A stretch of DNA of 64,000 bases from a virus. Lineage: Duplodnaviria; Caudoviricetes. The position numbers and the translations under genes are program-made. The notes below the pieces were generated by a model. That model did not search any database. It saw only the letters and a program-made list of their open reading frames with translations, and was not told where the DNA came from. Each line of letters begins with the position of its first letter. Positions within the stretch are counted from its first letter, which is position 1. The stretch covers positions 3,162 through 67,161 of the IMG/VR virus record IMGVR_UViG_3300037467_000821. One strand, given 5' to 3'. This document shows, one piece after another, positions 25,219 through 33,802 of the stretch.

Positions 25219-26233
25219 CGGCCCCAGGGCCGTGTTGCTTGCGGGACCGGCTGACCCGCTCGGGCTGATCGCCGCGCAGGCGAAGACGTACGTCGGTGAG
25301 TTCGTGGACGACCTGGCTGACATCACCGACGACGAGCGTCGGCACTACCTCGGAGAGATCCAGAAGACCGCGCTGGCGATGCCGCTGGAGGCGGTGCTGC
25401 TGAACTTCTCGATCACCGGCGTCACGCGCTCGTTCACCCACCAGATGGTGCGCCAGAGGACCGCCGCATACGCGCAGGAGAGCCTGCGATTCTCTGTGGT
25501 GGAGGACGGCTTCACCGACCGCGTGGCCCTCCCGCCGAGCCTGATGGGCACCACGGCGGTCTATCAGGAGCTCCTGGAGAAGGAGAAGCACGACCAGTCC
25601 TACGGTGGCGGATGGACCCCGTCTTCGCTCCGGGAAGGACTGGAGCGCGCCATGGGGAAGCAGCCGCGCGAGGAGCGGTGGCGGCAGAAGTGGGACCACG
25701 CGCTGGAGGTTCTGCAGCAGACATACGGCGAGCTGATCAACGATGGCATGCCTGCCGAAGAGGCCCGGGGCCTGCTGCCGCACAACATCACGACCCGCAT
25801 CAAGTACAACACCAACCTGCGGGCGCTGCTGGAGCACATCGGCCTCCGGACCTGCACGCAGGCGCAGTTCGAGTGGCGGGGCGTCGCGTTCCAGATGATG
25901 CTGGCGCTGCGCGAGTACGGGCGCGGGCAGGTTTACCGTGACACCTCCTACGACGATCACGGCACGCCTCGGGTGGTCCTGCGCGACTCCGCCTGGCAGT
26001 ACGACGCCATCGCCGAGCTGTTCTCGCCGATCTGCTACCGCAAGGGCAAGTGCACGATGATGGCCTCGTTCGATCGCAAGTGCTCCATCCGGGGGCGCGT
26101 CGAGGCGAACGCGTCCATCAACCGGCCCAGCACCGAGTGGGACAAGCCCCGAGAGGCGACCGCGCCCGACGACGTCTACATCGAGCCCATCCGGCCGTCA
26201 GAGTGGATGCTCGACCCGGGCGCGGCGCGGTGA
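25121..26233 (+). CDS. thyX: ThyX-like flavin-dependent enzyme (divergent thymidylate synthase)
   Basis: GVTRSFTHQMVRQRTAAYAQESLRF (RHR-x7-S variant), ARGLLP, NLRALLEHIGLRTC..AQFEW. Confidence 0.88.
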   Translation: MTENDSQKNEPSKTIARWADVAMYTSKPIQASDGPRAVLLAGPADPLGLIAAQAKTYVGEFVDDLADITDDERRHYLGEIQKTALAMPLEAVLLNFSITGVTRSFTHQMVRQRTAAYAQESLRFSVVEDGFTDRVALPPSLMGTTAVYQELLEKEKHDQSYGGGWTPSSLREGLERAMGKQPREERWRQKWDHALEVLQQTYGELINDGMPAEEARGLLPHNITTRIKYNTNLRALLEHIGLRTCTQAQFEWRGVAFQMMLALREYGRGQVYRDTSYDDHGTPRVVLRDSAWQYDAIAELFSPICYRKGKCTMMASFDRKCSIRGRVEANASINRPSTEWDKPREATAPDDVYIEPIRPSEWMLDPGAAR

Positions 26234-26313
26234 TCTGGACGGCGATGGCCCTGTTCTGTGCAGGGGCAATCGGGCTTTACATCATCTGGTGGAGAGGAAG
26301 GATGAGACAGTGA
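26230..26313 (+). CDS. small membrane peptide (27 aa)
   Basis: GTGA overlap, hydrophobic. Confidence 0.45.
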   Translation: MIWTAMALFCAGAIGLYIIWWRGRMRQ

Positions 26314-26426
26314 ACGATAACGAACCGTACGAGGTGACCGGCAAGAAGCAGCGCCTCTGGATGCTGGCCGTGATCTGCCTGGTGATCCTGGCCGGGCTGG
26401 TCTACGTGCTCTCGCAGTTCGGATAG
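26310..26426 (+). CDS. small membrane protein (38 aa)
   Basis: Hand-translated, one TM. Confidence 0.5.
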   Translation: MNDNEPYEVTGKKQRLWMLAVICLVILAGLVYVLSQFG

Positions 26427-26434
26427 GAGGCCAG

Positions 26435-26626
26435 ATGGGTTTCAGCAATAAGTTGGAATGGACTGGAACGTTCATTACGCTCGGTGAGATGATCGAGTTC
26501 ACCGAGCGGGCCTGCAACGCCAACATCGGCATGGACGAGCAGGTTAACGTGCTCGTCGGCCAGAAGTTCAACAACCCGACCGACCCGGGCGGGGAGATCT
26601 ACCTGAGTGTTTCCGGAGGAAACTGA
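26435..26626 (+). CDS. hypothetical protein (63 aa)
   Basis: AGGAGG SD. Confidence 0.7.
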   Translation: MGFSNKLEWTGTFITLGEMIEFTERACNANIGMDEQVNVLVGQKFNNPTDPGGEIYLSVSGGN

Positions 26627-27273
26627 TGCACCCCGTCGAGAAGGTTTTGGGATTCCGCGTTGATAAGCTGAAGGGTCAGGTTCAGCACCTGGCTGCCGAC
26701 GGCAGTATCGCGGGCGTCCGACCGGCCACGGACCAGGAGGTCTCGATGTGGTCGGAGGTGATGGAGAACTATGCCGCTCGGCAGGCTGCGGCTACGGCTT
26801 CAGCCGACCTCAAGTCCGTGGCGGCCTCGAACGAGGCGTACCGCGAGGAGATGCGGAAGCTGCGCGAGTTCGCTGAGTTGAACTGGGTTTCACCGGTTCT
26901 GCCGCCTGCCACGGTTCCGACGCTCGACATGCTCGAGGAGATCGTCCAGAACCACAAAGCCCAGAAGAAGCGGCTGCTCGACAAGGCTCGCGAGATCTGG
27001 CAGATTGAGCCCGGGACGGACATCATCGACTTCGTGTTCCGGCAGCTGCAGCACCTGAACGGCGAGATGGCCGTCGAGACGGAGCAGCGGCGCCAGCAGG
27101 TGATCGAGAACCGCGCGAACGCACACCGAGGTGGCCGGGCGCAGGAGCCTCCGGCATTCCCTGGTGATCCGATGAACAGCATGCTTCAGGACGAACTCAA
27201 CAAGATGCAGCGGCGTTCGGCCGGGCAGCGCGTGGAGGGCGGCTACATCGCCAGGGCAGAGGACCTCGGGTGA
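26626..27273 (+). CDS. hypothetical coiled-coil protein (215 aa)
   Basis: TGATG coupling. Confidence 0.75.
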   Translation: MHPVEKVLGFRVDKLKGQVQHLAADGSIAGVRPATDQEVSMWSEVMENYAARQAAATASADLKSVAASNEAYREEMRKLREFAELNWVSPVLPPATVPTLDMLEEIVQNHKAQKKRLLDKAREIWQIEPGTDIIDFVFRQLQHLNGEMAVETEQRRQQVIENRANAHRGGRAQEPPAFPGDPMNSMLQDELNKMQRRSAGQRVEGGYIARAEDLG

Positions 27274-27404
27274 AGCTGCTCTTCGTGCTCGTGCTGCTCG
27301 CGACTTCCCTTGCGGGCTGCAAGGACAGCTGCTCTACGGGGGTACAGAAGGACCAGACCAACCCTCTCGAGGGAGACAGACCGGGCGTTTGCAAGGAGAA
27401 GTAA
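27270..27404 (+). CDS. small lipoprotein (44 aa)
   Basis: Hand-translated MKLLFVLVLLATSLAGC lipobox; two further Cys. Confidence 0.65.
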   Translation: MKLLFVLVLLATSLAGCKDSCSTGVQKDQTNPLEGDRPGVCKEK

Positions 27405-27670
27405 TGACCGACGCACAACCCGCTAGAGACGAGCTGGCCGAGCTGCGAGAATACGTCAGCGACCTCAAGGCAAACACCGAGAAGAGCTGGAACCGCCCAG
27501 GTTCCAGGGAGGCGCACGAACAGGAAGGCGCTGTGCGTATGGCGCAGCGCATCCTGAACACGATCGATGGGAGGATCGAGCGTGCTCGGAAGAATGGAAG
27601 GTTCTCGGAAGGAACGGGTGCAACAGCGCCGCGCAACGGCGGCGAGCCCGTGGCACAACATCAAGACTGA
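27404..27670 (+). CDS. hypothetical protein (88 aa)
   Basis: TAATG coupling, AAGGAG SD. Confidence 0.65.
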   Translation: MTDAQPARDELAELREYVSDLKANTEKSWNRPGSREAHEQEGAVRMAQRILNTIDGRIERARKNGRFSEGTGATAPRNGGEPVAQHQD

Positions 27671-28070
27671 GCCGCACTGGTGCTTCCCGCCTAGGTGGTA
27701 CCCGCAGCCGGAACGAGGTGAACAGCAGGTCGGTCCCGGCTCGCTCTGGGAGTGCCCGACGTGCTGCCTGGTCTGGACTTCGTACGGCATCTTCCTGGAC
27801 AACGATGCTGAGAACTGGCCGCGCGGTGACATGACGACCAGGCCGCTCTTCGGCGTGTCCCGTTGGCGGATCGCTGACCGTGAGGTGCAGCTGCCCCGTT
27901 CGCGGTTCAATACCGAGGCATCCTGGAAGAAGAACCTGGAGAACATCGACAACCAGGAGGACAGCTACGACTGGCGTGGCGTCAACACGCTCAACAACAA
28001 GTTCCTCCGTCGCATCATCGAGCTCATGCCGGGAGGGAGCGAGGATGTCTGGCGAAACACGATGGACTGA
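27594..28070 (+). CDS. hypothetical protein with CPTC motif
   Basis: Codon pattern; start uncertain. Confidence 0.55.
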   Translation: MEGSRKERVQQRRATAASPWHNIKTEPHWCFPPRWYPQPERGEQQVGPGSLWECPTCCLVWTSYGIFLDNDAENWPRGDMTTRPLFGVSRWRIADREVQLPRSRFNTEASWKKNLENIDNQEDSYDWRGVNTLNNKFLRRIIELMPGGSEDVWRNTMD

Positions 28071-28254
28071 GCCCCTGGACGCCTGGCTGGATGACACCGG
28101 AAAGCGCATCGCGGTGTTCATGGGCTCTCATTCTCTGGCTGTCAGTCCGGAAATGGCAGCGGTTCGAGAGCAGCTGGCCGCTGAGATCGCGCACAACATG
28201 TTCCAGTTCGTCGAGCGCCACGGCGCACAAGGAGGCAAGCATGCCGAAGGCTAA
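28045..28254 (+). CDS. hypothetical protein (69 aa)
   Basis: Gene packing. Confidence 0.55.
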   Translation: MSGETRWTEPLDAWLDDTGKRIAVFMGSHSLAVSPEMAAVREQLAAEIAHNMFQFVERHGAQGGKHAEG

Positions 28255-28549
28255 CCACGGTCTGGTGGTTCCCGGTGAGTCCATGCCGATCGTCCTGAAG
28301 CGCCGTAGTCTGACTGGGATGCTGCGTTTTATGCGTGGCAAGGCGACCTTCGCGAACCTGCAGGAGGAGTTCTTCTACGGTCAGGTGCAGGAGAAGGCCG
28401 AGCAGCTGGAGGAGCGCCTCAACGAGCTGCACGACGCGGTCGAGAAGGCCGTCGGTCTCCTGAACAACGTGACCGCTGCGGATGACGGAACCTTCCAGGA
28501 TTCGGACGACCTGCAGGAAGCGCTCGCTGAACTGAACAAGGTGCTGTGA
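28241..28549 (+). CDS. hypothetical protein (102 aa)
   Basis: AAGGAGG SD. Confidence 0.7.
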   Translation: MPKANHGLVVPGESMPIVLKRRSLTGMLRFMRGKATFANLQEEFFYGQVQEKAEQLEERLNELHDAVEKAVGLLNNVTAADDGTFQDSDDLQEALAELNKVL

Positions 28550-28788
28550 TGGCCGAGTTCGAGTACTGGACGCCACAGTCCGTGACGCGCTCCGTCATCG
28601 GCGGAGAGATGGGGCCGGGCGCTGAGCGCGAGGGCGTTACCGAGGCGGCTCGTCGTCTCTCGCACTGCCTGGCGGAGATGGCAGCCGTGTTGGAGACGCA
28701 GCAGGACGAGTACCTCGTGTACTGCGCCCAGGCCAGGGGCGTCGCCCAGAAGGCCAGGGAGACCGTGAAGGAGTGGGGAGTTCTGTAA
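28549..28788 (+). CDS. hypothetical protein (79 aa)
   Basis: TGATG coupling. Confidence 0.7.
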   Translation: MAEFEYWTPQSVTRSVIGGEMGPGAEREGVTEAARRLSHCLAEMAAVLETQQDEYLVYCAQARGVAQKARETVKEWGVL

Positions 28789-28937
28789 TGCTCGTAATGG
28801 CGGAGTGCGAAGACTTCCTGCCGTTGATCATCGGTGCCGGTGAGGTGGCCGCTAAGGTGGCGAAAAACCTCATCGCAGACATGGACGCCCTGGACCGCTG
28901 GGCGGACGATGGAGGGCCGTGCATTGACTCCGTATGA
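28788..28937 (+). CDS. hypothetical protein (49 aa)
   Basis: Hand-translated; TAATG coupling. Confidence 0.45.
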   Translation: MLVMAECEDFLPLIIGAGEVAAKVAKNLIADMDALDRWADDGGPCIDSV

Positions 28938-29271
28938 GGTAGCGCTGCTGGTGGCTACGGCGCTGTTCGTGTGCATCCTGCTCTGGGACAACCACAAGAT
29001 CCGTGGTCGCCTGGAGCGCTCGGAGGCGGACATCGTCTGGCTGGTGGCCACCGCCAAGAACACCATCGACGTGTACCAGAATACGATGGACGTGCACACC
29101 CGCGCCATCGAGCGTCTGGACGAGCAGACCGGCAAGATCGCGCAGGCGGGCGAGCGTTTTCGGCAGAGCCAGCCGAACTTCTCCAAGCTTCGTGCTGACG
29201 TGGACCGCCTGCTGAAGGCAGACTGGCACCGCGAGCCTCCGGGAGGTTCCGGGAACAGGACGGTGTTCTGA
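28909..29271 (+). CDS. membrane-anchored coiled-coil protein
   Basis: N-terminal TM; start uncertain. Confidence 0.6.
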   Translation: MEGRALTPYEVALLVATALFVCILLWDNHKIRGRLERSEADIVWLVATAKNTIDVYQNTMDVHTRAIERLDEQTGKIAQAGERFRQSQPNFSKLRADVDRLLKADWHREPPGGSGNRTVF

Positions 29272-29438
29272 TGAACAAGTTCGAGTTGATGCATGCTCGT
29301 ACCTACAGCGAGGGCACGCTGTTGAACATCCTGGACGAGCTCGGCGCAGAAATCCGTTACACCATGGGATTCCGGCAGGGCGGCCAAATCGGACCTATCG
29401 GGTTTCAGGTGTTCTGGCCGGAGCTGGCCAATGACTGA
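29271..29438 (+). CDS. hypothetical protein (55 aa)
   Basis: Hand-translated; TGATG coupling. Confidence 0.5.
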   Translation: MNKFELMHARTYSEGTLLNILDELGAEIRYTMGFRQGGQIGPIGFQVFWPELAND

Positions 29439-29754
29439 CAACATCGGAGAGCAGATGACGGACGAGGAACTCCACGACGCGCAGCCCGCCAAGGACTTCG
29501 TGTTCGAGATGGTGGACCAGGAGCCCATCAAGCTGAACCACCGGAACGTCACCGTTCCGAACTGGATCGCCAGGGACGGGCACTGGGCGGAGATCTACAA
29601 CGCCCTTGCGGCTGCACGCAACAGCCAGATGGCGAAGGCCACCGAGCTGATTGTCAAGGCCATGGAGCGCGCCCGACAGGTCGGTCGCCAAGAGGTCTAC
29701 CTGGAGCGCTCTCAGGAGGCGGCTGACCCCTCAGAGCGCGAGCCGCTGGACTGA
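29431..29754 (+). CDS. hypothetical protein (107 aa)
   Basis: Codon pattern. Confidence 0.7.
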   Translation: MTDNIGEQMTDEELHDAQPAKDFVFEMVDQEPIKLNHRNVTVPNWIARDGHWAEIYNALAAARNSQMAKATELIVKAMERARQVGRQEVYLERSQEAADPSEREPLD

Positions 29755-29769
29755 CTGCAGAAAGGCGCG

Positions 29770-29791
29770 TAGCCGCTCCACGGGGCGGCTA
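29770..29791 (+). terminator. GC hairpin, probable terminator
   Basis: TAGCCGCTC/GGGCGGCTA stem after 29431..29754; U-tract weak. Confidence 0.45.
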
Positions 29792-29802
29792 AACGTCCAG
29801 TT

Positions 29803-29844
29803 TTGCCCAAGATTGATAAGGGCGTATGCTTAGCCCTAGCTAAG
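29803..29844 (+). promoter_or_regulatory. sigma70-type promoter with overlapping palindromic operator
   Basis: TTGCCC-N16-TATGCT; CTTAGC-CCTA-GCTAAG palindrome at 29829-29844. Confidence 0.45.
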
Positions 29845-29883
29845 GGTCTGGCCGGACCTTGCTTGTTGCGTGGGGAGTGATAC

Positions 29884-30810
29884 ATGGGCATCAGAAAGCC
29901 AAGGCTCTCGGAGCTTTGCACCAGCGCTGTCACGATTTGGTACGACCCGGGCGTGACAACGGGCTGGTCTGTGATGAGCGTCCATCCAGAGGCGCTCGTG
30001 AATCCGGACTACAAGATCCTGTCCAATATCGAGCACTGGGCACACGGCCAGATCGATTGCGGACACAGGCGGGGTCTTCCGGATGTCCGAGACATCTTCG
30101 ATGGCGAGGGTCGGTTGGAGTATTCCGACCTGGCCGTCAATCTCGCCGGTGAGTGCGAGGGCATCGCCGAGATGCTGCGGATCGTTGATGACTGGCCTGG
30201 AGCCTCGGTGGGCCTCGAAGACTTCATCATGCGTTCGCAGAACAAGAGCCGCGACACGGTCTCCCCTATTCGTATCACTGCCGGGTTCGACTACGGCATG
30301 TACGACCGGGGCTTCCAGACTTTCAGGCAGCAGCCCTCTGAGGCCAAGGGCCTGTGTACCGACGAGCGGATGAAGTCCTGGGGCTTCTACGAGCGCGCTG
30401 GCGGGATGAACCATGCCCGCGATGCCGATCGGCATTCCATCACCTGGCTACGCAAGATGAAGACCAAGAAGCTTCTCCGTGAGGCGGCCTGGCCACATCT
30501 GTACGGCAAGATGCAGGTGATGGACAAGATCACCAAGGAGTTCGTGACGGTCTTCGGTCCGTACTACATTCCCTCTGGTTGGACCTGGGCCGACGTCGTT
30601 CGGCGGGAAGAGGAAGCCGCGCAGAAGCAGAAGCGCGACGACCAAATCGCTGCCGAGATCGCAGAGCGCGAGCGTGCGATGGGCGGAGAGCTCACCCCTG
30701 CGCTCATGGTGCATCCCTCGGTAAAGGACATGATCGCTGAGATCCAGGAGATGGAGTACGCCGGTGCTGACTCAGGCTCCGACGTAATCCCTGGTCAGGG
30801 CTCTGCGTAG
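29884..30810 (+). CDS. RuvC-like Holliday junction resolvase with C-terminal extension
   Basis: WYDPGVTTGWSV, VGLEDF, HARDADRH acidic active-site motifs. Confidence 0.8.
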   Translation: MGIRKPRLSELCTSAVTIWYDPGVTTGWSVMSVHPEALVNPDYKILSNIEHWAHGQIDCGHRRGLPDVRDIFDGEGRLEYSDLAVNLAGECEGIAEMLRIVDDWPGASVGLEDFIMRSQNKSRDTVSPIRITAGFDYGMYDRGFQTFRQQPSEAKGLCTDERMKSWGFYERAGGMNHARDADRHSITWLRKMKTKKLLREAAWPHLYGKMQVMDKITKEFVTVFGPYYIPSGWTWADVVRREEEAAQKQKRDDQIAAEIAERERAMGGELTPALMVHPSVKDMIAEIQEMEYAGADSGSDVIPGQGSA

Positions 30811-30817
30811 GGGTGCA

Positions 30818-30902
30818 GAGGTAGAATAGGTTTGCCCCGGCTCGCATCCCTGCTGTTTGGCCTACGAGAGGCTGTCAGCGTCTTGGGAGCGGGACCGGGG
30901 CA
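30818..30902 (+). promoter_or_regulatory. promoter-like GAGGTAGAAT and long leader hairpin upstream of primase
   Basis: TGCCCCGG/CCGGGGCA outer stem (30833-40/30895-902) with nested stems. Confidence 0.45.
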
Positions 30903-31033
30903 TTCCTGTCTGCGGAGGAACGCAGGATTTGACGGACCTGGCCGGGCACGTCGCGATCACGTGAGGAGGCGATCGGTGATTAGTATACCCTGCGGGGGCC
31001 GATGCCGGGGTTACGAACGCGCGCTCTGCGCAA

Positions 31034-33802
31034 TTGACTTTTTCGGTGTATCAGGCGCGAGGAGCTCTTAGCGTGGCTGTGGTGGATTTGCCGTACCCAT
31101 TTTCGCCTGACGAGGACGCGGGCGTCATCGCCCCCTTCGATCAGGTCGCGGTCAACGCTTATCGGCGCGCTGGCTGGAAGAATCTGATCTCGCTTCCGTA
31201 CGGTAAGCAGTCTCCCCCGCCGAAGGGCTTCACCGGCCGGAATCCCAAGAAGGCCGATGTCGAGCAGCTGAAGAACTGGATCAAGGATGCACGGGCCTCG
31301 CGTTCGGGTTCGGCAAACATCGCTCTGGTGCACACCGAACTGACGATCGCGATCGACGTCGACGATTACGAGATCGAAGGGAAGGTGAAGACCGGTGCAG
31401 AGTCTCTCGCGGGCCTGGTGGAGCTCCTGGGTCCGCTCCCAGACACGTGGCGGTCTAGCGCCCGAGGAGCTGCTAACCCTTCTGGGCAACGCTTCTTTCG
31501 TATCAAGGCTGAACACTCGCCGAAGCTCCTTGACTGGGACGACAAGCCCGGTCCGCACATCGAAATCGTCCGATGGGGACACCGGTACTCGGTAGTTTGG
31601 CCCTCTATGAACGGGCGGCTCGGCGAGGTGTACCGCTGGTACAAGGAGTACTCGGGCGAGGGTCCTGACGGTGGCATGCTGTTGGCTGCAGTTTCGATGG
31701 ATGTGCCGCTGATCGAAGAGCTGCCGTACCTGCCAGACGCCTGGGTGGAGTACCTGACCCGTGGTTTCACGCCGTATGATGACAAGCTTTCGGCTCGTGA
31801 GGACCTGAGCGACGAAACCGCGCGGGAATGGGTGCTATCTATGCCCAAGTCCGATGGTGCTCCGTGCGCTCGGATGCAGGCTTCGCTGGACGAGGCCGTC
31901 GAGGGCATGGGTGATGGTGCACACGACACCGCGCGCGACAAGCTCATGCACATGCTGCTTCTGGCCTGGGAGGGCCACACCGGCCTGAACACCGCCTCCA
32001 TTGCCCTGCGCGATGCGTTCTTCGAGGAGGTCTCGGGTCGGCGTAGCCATGGCGCTGCGAAGGCCGAATGGTACCGCAACTATAAGGGCGCGGTTGACCG
32101 GGTAGCGGCCCGGGGGAAGCCCGTTGCTAGCGCCTGTGCGTGTTGGGAAGGCGCTGGGACGGGTGAAGGGGCCGGGGCTAACGGCGGCGACCCGGCAGCG
32201 TATGAGACGAACGATGACGGTAACGCAGAGCACCTTCACACCCTCGTCGGCGACGACCTGCTCTGGTGCGAGGGCTACAAGAGTTGGATGATCTGGCATG
32301 AAGAAGATGCTGTCTGGACTCATGACGCGCACAACGCGGCTACGGCTCGAGCTCGTCTGGTGGGCCCTCGCGTTAAGGCTGCAGCGGCCCAGCTCTACGA
32401 CGTGGCGGACACGATGGAGGAAGATTCGCCCGAGCAGAAGCGGGCCCGGCGGAAGGCGCTCCGACTAGAGGAATGGGGCCGTACCTCGGGTATGGTCGGT
32501 CGGCTCTCTGGCATGCTCTCGGTTCTGAAGTCGCGGGAAGGCGTGACCGTCCCGATGAACTGGTTCGATTCTCGTCCCGATATCCTGGTCTGTAAGGGCC
32601 AGACCATTGAGCTCCTCGGAAGGGGCAGCGATGAAGGGGTTCACGTACGAGAGAGTCAGAGATCTGATTATGCCCTGCACACCACTAATCTGGAGTACGT
32701 CCCCTGGTCAGAAATCCGTAGTGGTGGGGCCGGGTCGGGGCTGGTTCGTGGGCGCCGAGCCTGGGAGAACTACCTGGACACCTTCCTGCCAGATCCCGAA
32801 GTGCGTTGGTATGTGCAGAGAATTCTCGGTTACGCTCTCTACGGTGCAAATCCAGAGCGCAAAATCGTCTTCTTCCAGGGCAAGACTTCTACTGGTAAGT
32901 CCACCATCCTTGAGTCTGTGAGCGCTGCCCTCGGCCGGTACGCCGGGCCGTTCAACCTCAGCATGTTCCGGGAGAATCCCAACGAGGCTCCCCGCCCGGA
33001 CATTGTTGAGGCGCTCCCCAAGCGCATGATCGTGGCCACCGAGGCGGACAGCGAATGGCACCTGCACGCCGACACCATCAAGCGTCTCGTTGGCGGTATC
33101 GACCAGGCCAAGGTGCGTAACCTGCACAGCAACGAGTTCATGGTGCGGTACCCGGCGTTCGTTCCGTTCGTCGGTACTAACAGCTCCCCTACGATCCAGG
33201 GCGCTGACTCAGCGTTGTGGCAGCGCATCGTCGTGATCCCTTTCGAGATCCAGCGTCTCGACGACGACAAGCGCACCGACAAGATGGCCGCCATCCGTTT
33301 GATGTCTGACTTGGCGTCCAAGATGGCGATCCTGGCCTGGCTGGTTGACGGCTACACTGGCTATGCCCGCGAGGGCCTGGCTGGCATTCCCGCCGGGGTC
33401 ACCGGCGCGACCAAGAGCTTCCGTGGTGGCGTCTCAGAGTGGCACTCCTTCATGAACGAGGCGATCGAGCAGCACCCCGGCCACCGAATCTTGGTGCAGG
33501 ATCTGTACCAAATGTACCGGCTTTGGGGCATGATGAACGACATCCCCGACAAGCAGATGGGCACCAAGCGACAGTTCGATTTCAAGCTTGAAGCCAACTC
33601 CTACCCGATCCGTCGAATGAAAAAGCCTGCCTCACAGAGCAAGGCGAACTACCTGATTGACTACAAGCTCAAGCCGGGCGCCGATGGTACCGAGGTCACG
33701 AGCGACGGTACCGAGAGCCTCGAGGGGTCGGAGGGGTCGGTGCAGTTTAACCCGTGGTCGCCGCAAAAGTACGCCGAGATTCAGGGCAGTGAGGAGGATT
33801 AG
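31034..33802 (+). CDS. bifunctional DNA primase/polymerase fused to D5/P4-type SF3 helicase
   Basis: IAIDVDDY prim-pol motif, PriCT-like HDTARD region, FFQGKTSTGKST Walker A, WQRIVVIPF. Confidence 0.92.
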   Translation: MTFSVYQARGALSVAVVDLPYPFSPDEDAGVIAPFDQVAVNAYRRAGWKNLISLPYGKQSPPPKGFTGRNPKKADVEQLKNWIKDARASRSGSANIALVHTELTIAIDVDDYEIEGKVKTGAESLAGLVELLGPLPDTWRSSARGAANPSGQRFFRIKAEHSPKLLDWDDKPGPHIEIVRWGHRYSVVWPSMNGRLGEVYRWYKEYSGEGPDGGMLLAAVSMDVPLIEELPYLPDAWVEYLTRGFTPYDDKLSAREDLSDETAREWVLSMPKSDGAPCARMQASLDEAVEGMGDGAHDTARDKLMHMLLLAWEGHTGLNTASIALRDAFFEEVSGRRSHGAAKAEWYRNYKGAVDRVAARGKPVASACACWEGAGTGEGAGANGGDPAAYETNDDGNAEHLHTLVGDDLLWCEGYKSWMIWHEEDAVWTHDAHNAATARARLVGPRVKAAAAQLYDVADTMEEDSPEQKRARRKALRLEEWGRTSGMVGRLSGMLSVLKSREGVTVPMNWFDSRPDILVCKGQTIELLGRGSDEGVHVRESQRSDYALHTTNLEYVPWSEIRSGGAGSGLVRGRRAWENYLDTFLPDPEVRWYVQRILGYALYGANPERKIVFFQGKTSTGKSTILESVSAALGRYAGPFNLSMFRENPNEAPRPDIVEALPKRMIVATEADSEWHLHADTIKRLVGGIDQAKVRNLHSNEFMVRYPAFVPFVGTNSSPTIQGADSALWQRIVVIPFEIQRLDDDKRTDKMAAIRLMSDLASKMAILAWLVDGYTGYAREGLAGIPAGVTGATKSFRGGVSEWHSFMNEAIEQHPGHRILVQDLYQMYRLWGMMNDIPDKQMGTKRQFDFKLEANSYPIRRMKKPASQSKANYLIDYKLKPGADGTEVTSDGTESLEGSEGSVQFNPWSPQKYAEIQGSEED

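Noticed and set aside
25121-26233. Loss of the catalytic serine in ThyX (RQRTAA versus RHRIAS)
   Set aside because: Counting RHR-x7-S shows the Ser88 equivalent is retained in QESLR; only the non-catalytic Ser83 position is Ala
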